A stretch of DNA of 64,000 nt, taken from the human T2T-CHM13v2.0 reference genome, Homo sapiens. The notes under the pieces are model-generated. The model was not told the DNA's origin, searched no databases, and worked only from the letters and a program-made list of their open reading frames with translations. This document shows positions 56,501-64,000 of this stretch, in pieces. Positions within the stretch are counted from its first letter, which is position 1. Every line of letters starts with the position of its first letter. The stretch lies in assembly GCF_009914755.1 (NCBI RefSeq), contig NC_060933.1. One strand, given 5' to 3'. A program made the position numbers and the translations under genes.

Positions 56501-59500
56501 TGAATAAAAACAATTTTACTTCTTCCTTTCCAGTCTGTATGCCTCTTATTTCTTTTTGTTGCCTCCCTGAACTGGCTAGAGCATCCGGTACACTATTGAG
56601 TAGAAGTAGTGAAATCAAGCATTCTTGCCTTTTCCCAAATCTTAGGGGGAAAGCATTCGGTGTTTCACCATTTAAATATGGCATTTGCTGTGGATTTTGA
56701 AATAGATACTATTTAACAGAAAGTACCCTTCCAGAGGGTTTTTAAATCATACATGGATATCGAATTTCATCACATGCTTTATCTGCTTTTATTGAAATTA
56801 TCATATGGATTTTCTCTTTTTAATTTTAATTTTTTTTTTTTTTATGGAGACAGGGTCTCACTCTGTTGCCCAGGCTGGTATCCAGTCTCAGCTTCCCAGA
56901 GTGCTAGGATTACAGATGTGAGCCACCATGCCCAGCCTGGGTTTTCTCTTTTAATCATTTAATATAATGAAATACACTGATTGATTTTTGAGTGTTAAAC
57001 CAAACTTCCATTTCTGGAATAAATCCCCCATGGACATAATAAATTGTCCTTTTAATATATTGTTAGATTCAATTTTCTAAAATTTTGTTAAGAAATTTTA
57101 TGTGTATGTTCGTAAGGAATATGGATTGGTCTGTGGTTTTCTTATAATATCTGGTTTTAGTATTAGGGTAATACTGGTCTCATATACTGAGTTGAGAAGT
57201 GTTCCTTTCTTGCCTGTTTTCTGAAATATTTAATGTATATTTGGTATTATTTATTCTGTAAATATTTGCAGATTTTACCAGTGAGGCTCTCTGGGCCTGG
57301 ATGTGGGAAGGTTTTTAAACAACAGTTCAATTTTTTAAATAGATGTAGTGTCATTCAGGTTATCTATTCTTAAATGAGCCTTGGTAGTTTGTGTCTGCTA
57401 AGGAATTTTTCATTTAATTTAATTTTTCTAATTCCTGGGCATAAAGCTGTTCAAAATATTTCCTTGTTATCCTTTTAATGCTTCTAAGATCTGGAGAATG
57501 TACTCTCTTTTATTCCCAATAATGGTAATTGGTGTCATCTCTCTTTTTTTCTTGCTCAGGCTGCCATCCTGGATCAAATAGTAGTTCTTTTTTTAGTTCT
57601 TTCCATTTTATTTTTGGTTATAGTCTTAGTTTTATCAATTTAATCAATCTTCTCAAAGAACCAGCTTTTGGTTTTATTGACTTTTTCTATTCTTGTTTTT
57701 AACTTTATTGTGTTCACTTTTTAAAATTTTTTCTTCTGCTTACTTTGGGTTAAATGTTCTATTGTTTAAGGTGGAAGTTTTGGTCATTGATTTGAGACCT
57801 TTCTTCTTTTCTAACATAAGCATTTAATGCTATGAATTTCCCTCCAAACTCTGAATTAGCTGCATCCCTCAAATTTTGTTGTGTTGTATATAATTTTAAT
57901 TCCATTCACAATGCTATCTAATTTCTCTTCTGACATCTTTTTTGACCCATAAATTATTTAGATGTGTGGTTTTTTGTTTCCATGTATTTGGGGACTTCTA
58001 GATATGTTTCTGTTACTAAGAATATATTCCGTGTGGTCAGAGAACATAGTTTTATGGCTTACAATATGAGTCAGCAAACTTTTCTGTAGAGGGCCAGATA
58101 ATGTATATTTTAAGCTTTGTGAGCTATATGATCTCCATTGTATATTATTATGTTTTCAACTCTTGAAAAAATATAAAACTATCTGTAATTTATAATCTGT
58201 ACACAAACAGGCTACAGGCTGGATTTGGCCTGCAAGCTGTGATTCATTGACTTCAGCCTAGAGTGTGATCCGTCCTAGTGAATGTTCCACATACACTTGA
58301 AAAGAATGTATATTCTTCTTCTGTTGCAGTTGAGTGTCCTACAGATGTCAATTAGGTCAAGTTGGTTGATAGTATTGTTCAAGTTTTCTATATTATTCCT
58401 GATTTTCTGTCAATTTGTTCTATCAATTATTAAGAGAAGGGTATTAAAATCTCTGACTATAATTGTGGATGAGTCTATTTTTTCTCAGTGCTATAAGTTT
58501 TTGTTTCCTGTATTTTGGTGTTCAGCCATTAGTTGCATAAACATTAAGGAATGATATGTCCTCGTGATTAATTGACCCCTTCATCATTATTAAGTGACCC
58601 TCTTTATCCCTGTTAATATTCCTTTCTCTGAAATCTACTTTGTCATATATTAGTATAGCCACTACAGCTTTCTTTTGATTTGTGTTGGCATGAAATATTC
58701 TTTTCCATCCTTTTGCTTTGAACCTATCTGTGTCTTTATATTTGAAGTGGGTTTCTTGTAGACACCGTATTATCTAGTCTGACAATTTCTTCCATTTAAT
58801 TGTGGTGTTTAGCCATTTACATTTAACATGATTATTGATGTGGTTGGGTTTAAATGTACCAATCTTGCTTTTTGTTTAATTAATTTTTTCCCATCTGTTG
58901 TTTTTTCCCCTTTTCCTATTTTTCCAACATTTTTTATTAATTATTTTTATCTCATTTTATTTCCTCTGTTGGCTTACCAGTTCTATTTCTTTTTGTTGTT
59001 GTTGTTTCTCAGTAGTTGCTTTTGAGTCTATACCATGTATCTTTAGCTTATCACAGTCTACTTTTAAGTAATACACAACTTCATGTGTAGTGTAAGAACA
59101 GGATGTTTATTGTTCCTCTTCTAGCCCTTGTGCTATTGTTGGCATACATTTTTTTTCTACGTATGTCATAAACTCCACAATACATTGTTATCATTTTTGC
59201 TTTAAAGTTTTATTATCTTATAAAAGACTTAAAAATAATAACATAGTCTTTTATAGTTATCCCTATGGTACTATTTCTAGTGCTCTTCATTGTTTTGTGT
59301 AGATCTGCATTTGTGTAGATCTGCATCTGATATAATTTTCCTTCAGCCTGAGGAACTTTTTTGAACATTTCTCATAGTGTTGGTTTGTTGGTGATATATT
59401 CTCTCAGCTTTTGTTTGTCTGAACAAAGTCTTTATTTTGTCTTTGTATTTGAAGGATGTTTTCCTTGGGTATAGAAATCTAAGTTGGCATTTTCTTTCAG

Positions 59501-60030
59501 TACTTTAAAGATGTTGCGACAAATACAAAAAATTAGCTGGGTGTGATGGTGCACACCTGTAATCCCAGCAGCTCAGGAGGTTCAGGTGGGAGAATCACCC
59601 GAGCCCGGGAAGTCAAGGCTGCAGTGAGCTGTGATTGCGTTACTGCACTCCAGCCTGAGCAACAGAGTGAAACTCTGGAAAAAAAAAAAAAAAAAAAAAG
59701 ATGTTGCTCCATTATCTTATGGCTTGCATTGTTTCTTATAAGAAGTCTGCTGTCATTCTTACATTTGTTTCTCTGTACATAGAGGGTTTCAGGCTGTCTT
59801 TAAGATTTTCTCTTTATCACTGGTTTTAAGCATTTTGATTATGATATACCTTGGTGTAGTTTTCTTAATGTTTATTCTGCTCAAGGCTCATTGATCTTCT
59901 TGAATTTGTGGGTTTACAGTTTTCATCAAATTTGTAATATTTCTGTTTATTATTAAAGTATTTCTTGTTCAGTTCTCCCTTTCTGGGACTCCAGTGACAT
60001 GTATATTGAACCACTAGATATTGTCCCACA
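53540..60030 (-). mobile_element. Long antisense L1M block with nested MST LTR (54377-54794), Alu fragments (about 56835-56940, 59518-59699) and MER58-like element (about 58065-58260)
   Basis: Antisense L1 ORF2 remnants; track ORF 56445..56684(-) reads as decayed L1 RT (NGE..AFPLR.G.RQ.C). Confidence 0.82.
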
Positions 60031-60629
60031 GCTTAAATAGCTAGAAAAACACATGGAAGGAAATAACAAAGATATAATCAGAAATTAAAAGTAAGAGAAA
60101 AGGAGGGAGAGATGTTAATTAAGAATTGAGTCTTTGTAAAAAGCATAATAGATAAACTTCTGGCAAATCTAATAGTAAAATAAAATAATATAAAGATAAG
60201 GAAAATTTATTTGGGAAAAGGAAAGTAAGAATATAGGAAATTTCAAAATTATAAAAGAAGATGATGTGTAGCTCTTATGTACTGCCATGTGTGACTGAAA
60301 TTGAAAATCCTGATGAGTTAGATAATTTCTACTGCTATCTAAGAACAAATCCTAAAAAGCCTGTATCCAAGGAAGAAATTGGAAATGTTGTTAGAGAATT
60401 ATTTACAACAAAAGCACTAGGCCCAAATTGCTTTAAAGTAACATTCTCTCAAATTACCAAGGAACAGTTAATTTTTACATCGTACAGACTATCCTAAAGC
60501 TTTGAAAAAAGATTGGACGCTTCTTCATTTGTTTTACAGAGCTAATTTACCAAGGTCAGTTTTACAATTGACCTTGCTAATGTAAATGGTACTGTTTCCC
60601 CCACCTCATTTTATTTTTTAAAATGGTTA

Positions 60630-60978
<349 letters not shown>

Positions 60979-62472
60979 TTAAAAATAGATTTCTCTTACA
61001 TTCAACAACCTCATTGAATTCTTGTTTCTAATTCCCTCCCTTGCTTCCTGGCTGTTCCATGACCCTTTAGATTATGGTTTAGGATGACAAATTTATGAGG
61101 TATGTATATGATGGGAAATTATGTGATTACAAACTACCGTGTGTGTAGGGAGTGGCAGGTGATTGGAGAAGAATGTAAGAAGTGATCGACCTGTGGACTA
61201 AGCAAATACACGTTGACTCCGTTCTCCACGCTCCTTTCTTAAGGCCTATTGGATTGTCTTCTAATGCATTTCCCTAACTCCATTCTAACCTTCTCCAGTC
61301 TTCCCTGAACTGTTGCCAGTGGAAACTTTCCAAAAGATGAGGTTACTCACCTGCTTAGAATTGTCCTCTGGCTCTCTGTTTTTAGACTTACAGGCAAATT
61401 CGTTGTTTTACTTACCACCAAGCGCTGAGCACCTAGCACTCAGTAAGTGTTTATGTAATGAATGGACTTCACTGGCATCTGAGAGTTGTTTAGATTTGCT
61501 CCTTCCCTAATTTTCATGTTCTCATTCTGCCCCCACTCACAGTTCCTCAGAGGTGCTGTGCCCATCCTTGCCTCTGTGCTTTTGTGCATGCCCACCATTC
61601 CTCTCCCTGTGGAATTATGTTCTGGTTCTGTGTGTTTCAATGGCACCCTTTTCCTCCATTGCAGTGCTTACCACTCTTTAATTACAGTTTAATTACAGTT
61701 ACCACTCTTTAATTACTTCTCTGTGTACTGAGCCCCATGAGGAGGAGGCCACAGAGCTATGCCTTTCGCATAGCTGTACCCCCAGTACCCAGCACAGGGC
61801 CTGGTGCACACATTCTCCACCAGCACACACAGGATGTTTATTGAATTGAATTAGCTGGCTCCTTTCTGTTTGGCCTTCTTGTGTCTGGGATATTGGATGC
61901 CAACATCCAGCTAAGTTATGTTTGTGTTAAACATGAATTGAAATGCAATTACAGCTGGCAATGTGCTTTGAGAGCTGAGTAATAGAGTACATAAGAAGAG
62001 TGACTTAGGCACGAGGACCAGTTTATCTCCTTTCCTTTCTTGCCTCCTGTCATCGGGCATGACTCATGAACGGCGCGAGTTCAACTTGTCTTCTCTTAAA
62101 TCCCATCACTTCAACTCTTCCTGCCCTCCTTGTCTTGATGGGTCTCTTTCAGGGCCCCTTTGTTAAAACCAGCAAGAAGCCCAGAGCCAGGCCTTGCAGT
62201 CTGAGTTGGTTGGAGCCAGAGGAGGCTGCACTCCCCACTCCAGGGCAGAGGTGGGGCCAGCACCATGGGTAGGAGTGTGCACGGGGCTGCTGAAATGCTG
62301 GCTGGATCACTAGTTTTCACTACTAATCACATCCTGCTAGTGCCCTAGCTAAGGCAAACATGGTGTCTTTTATCAAAGATGTTGCCACTTTACCTTAGAC
62401 CCATTGCTTTCATAGCCTTCTCGAATTGCATTCAGGAATTGTGTCTTAGGTTTGGACCCACCTTGAGGTTAA

Positions 62473-63409
<937 letters not shown>

Positions 63410-64000
63410 TCCAGAATCTTTCAGACCATGCAGTTGCTTATTAATATACCTTTCTATTGTTTCTCTAAATCAGCTGGCATGCTCATTTTATAAATCCACT
63501 TTCCTGGGTCCAAAGGGAGATTTCATCAAACTTTAGAGATGGAGCAGAGGAAGAGGGAAGTTTTTATTTATTAGCAGTTATTTATTAAGCCCCCACCACG
63601 GGCCTGTACTGGGTACTGCAAACTGAGTGGTGAATGGTCAGATGTAGCACTTGCCTGCATGGAATTTACAGACCCAGACTGAAGGATTAAAATGAAAACA
63701 GGGGTAGCAGAGATTGGAGCACCCTCCAGTGGCCCTCTTCCTTCCCAAGATTAATCCCAGTAGGTGAGTTCTCATTTCCACATCTTCCTGCCTGGCTTTT
63801 GCTTGGAATTCCCTCCCTCATTGTGCTGTCAATCTCTTCCCCTCCTCTGTGTCTTCCTTTCCACAAAGACATGCCTCTGTCCCCTCTGTTCTTAGCAGAT
63901 GCGGCCTCCGCCACCCTCCCTTCATCTCACCAGCTCCTCCAGCCACCATCTTTGTATGCCCTACTCCCCAAAATCGTCCCTGCTTGCCATCTCCTCTTCA

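Noticed and set aside
56445-56684. ORF resembling reverse transcriptase
   Set aside because: Decayed L1 ORF2 fragment within a frameshifted old L1, not a functional gene.

Overview
Primate (very likely human) genomic DNA containing the promoter and 5' part of MVB12B (FAM125B, an ESCRT-I subunit; from memory 9q33.3, between PBX3 and LMX1B) on the + strand. Coding exon 1 (24696-24776, MRSCFCVRRSRDPPPPQPPPPPPQRGT) lies in a CpG island. It splices in phase 0 to exon 2 (38262-38384, DQSTMPEVK...APTGYDV, the start of the MABP domain). Exon 3 is not in the window. The rest is about 24 kb of upstream and 39 kb of intronic DNA dominated by Alu, L1, L2, MIR, MaLR/ERV LTR and MER elements. Almost all ORFs in the supplied track are repeat- or GC-derived noise, and I found no new multi-gene system. 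The most interesting signal is how the MVB12B N-terminus may be chosen. Exon 1 ends in an atypical ACA/GTTAAGT donor of the shifted-U1-register type, followed by a G-run cluster and two stronger-looking competing donors. Intron 1 also holds several phase-0 alternative first or cassette exon candidates, and exon 2 has its own ATG in good context. Secondary signals are a GCCAT-motif-dense intronic CpG element, a GATA/TCF/homeobox motif cluster, a 5'UTR CCG repeat and several informative retrotransposition scars. Repeat subfamily names and boundaries are by eye and approximate.
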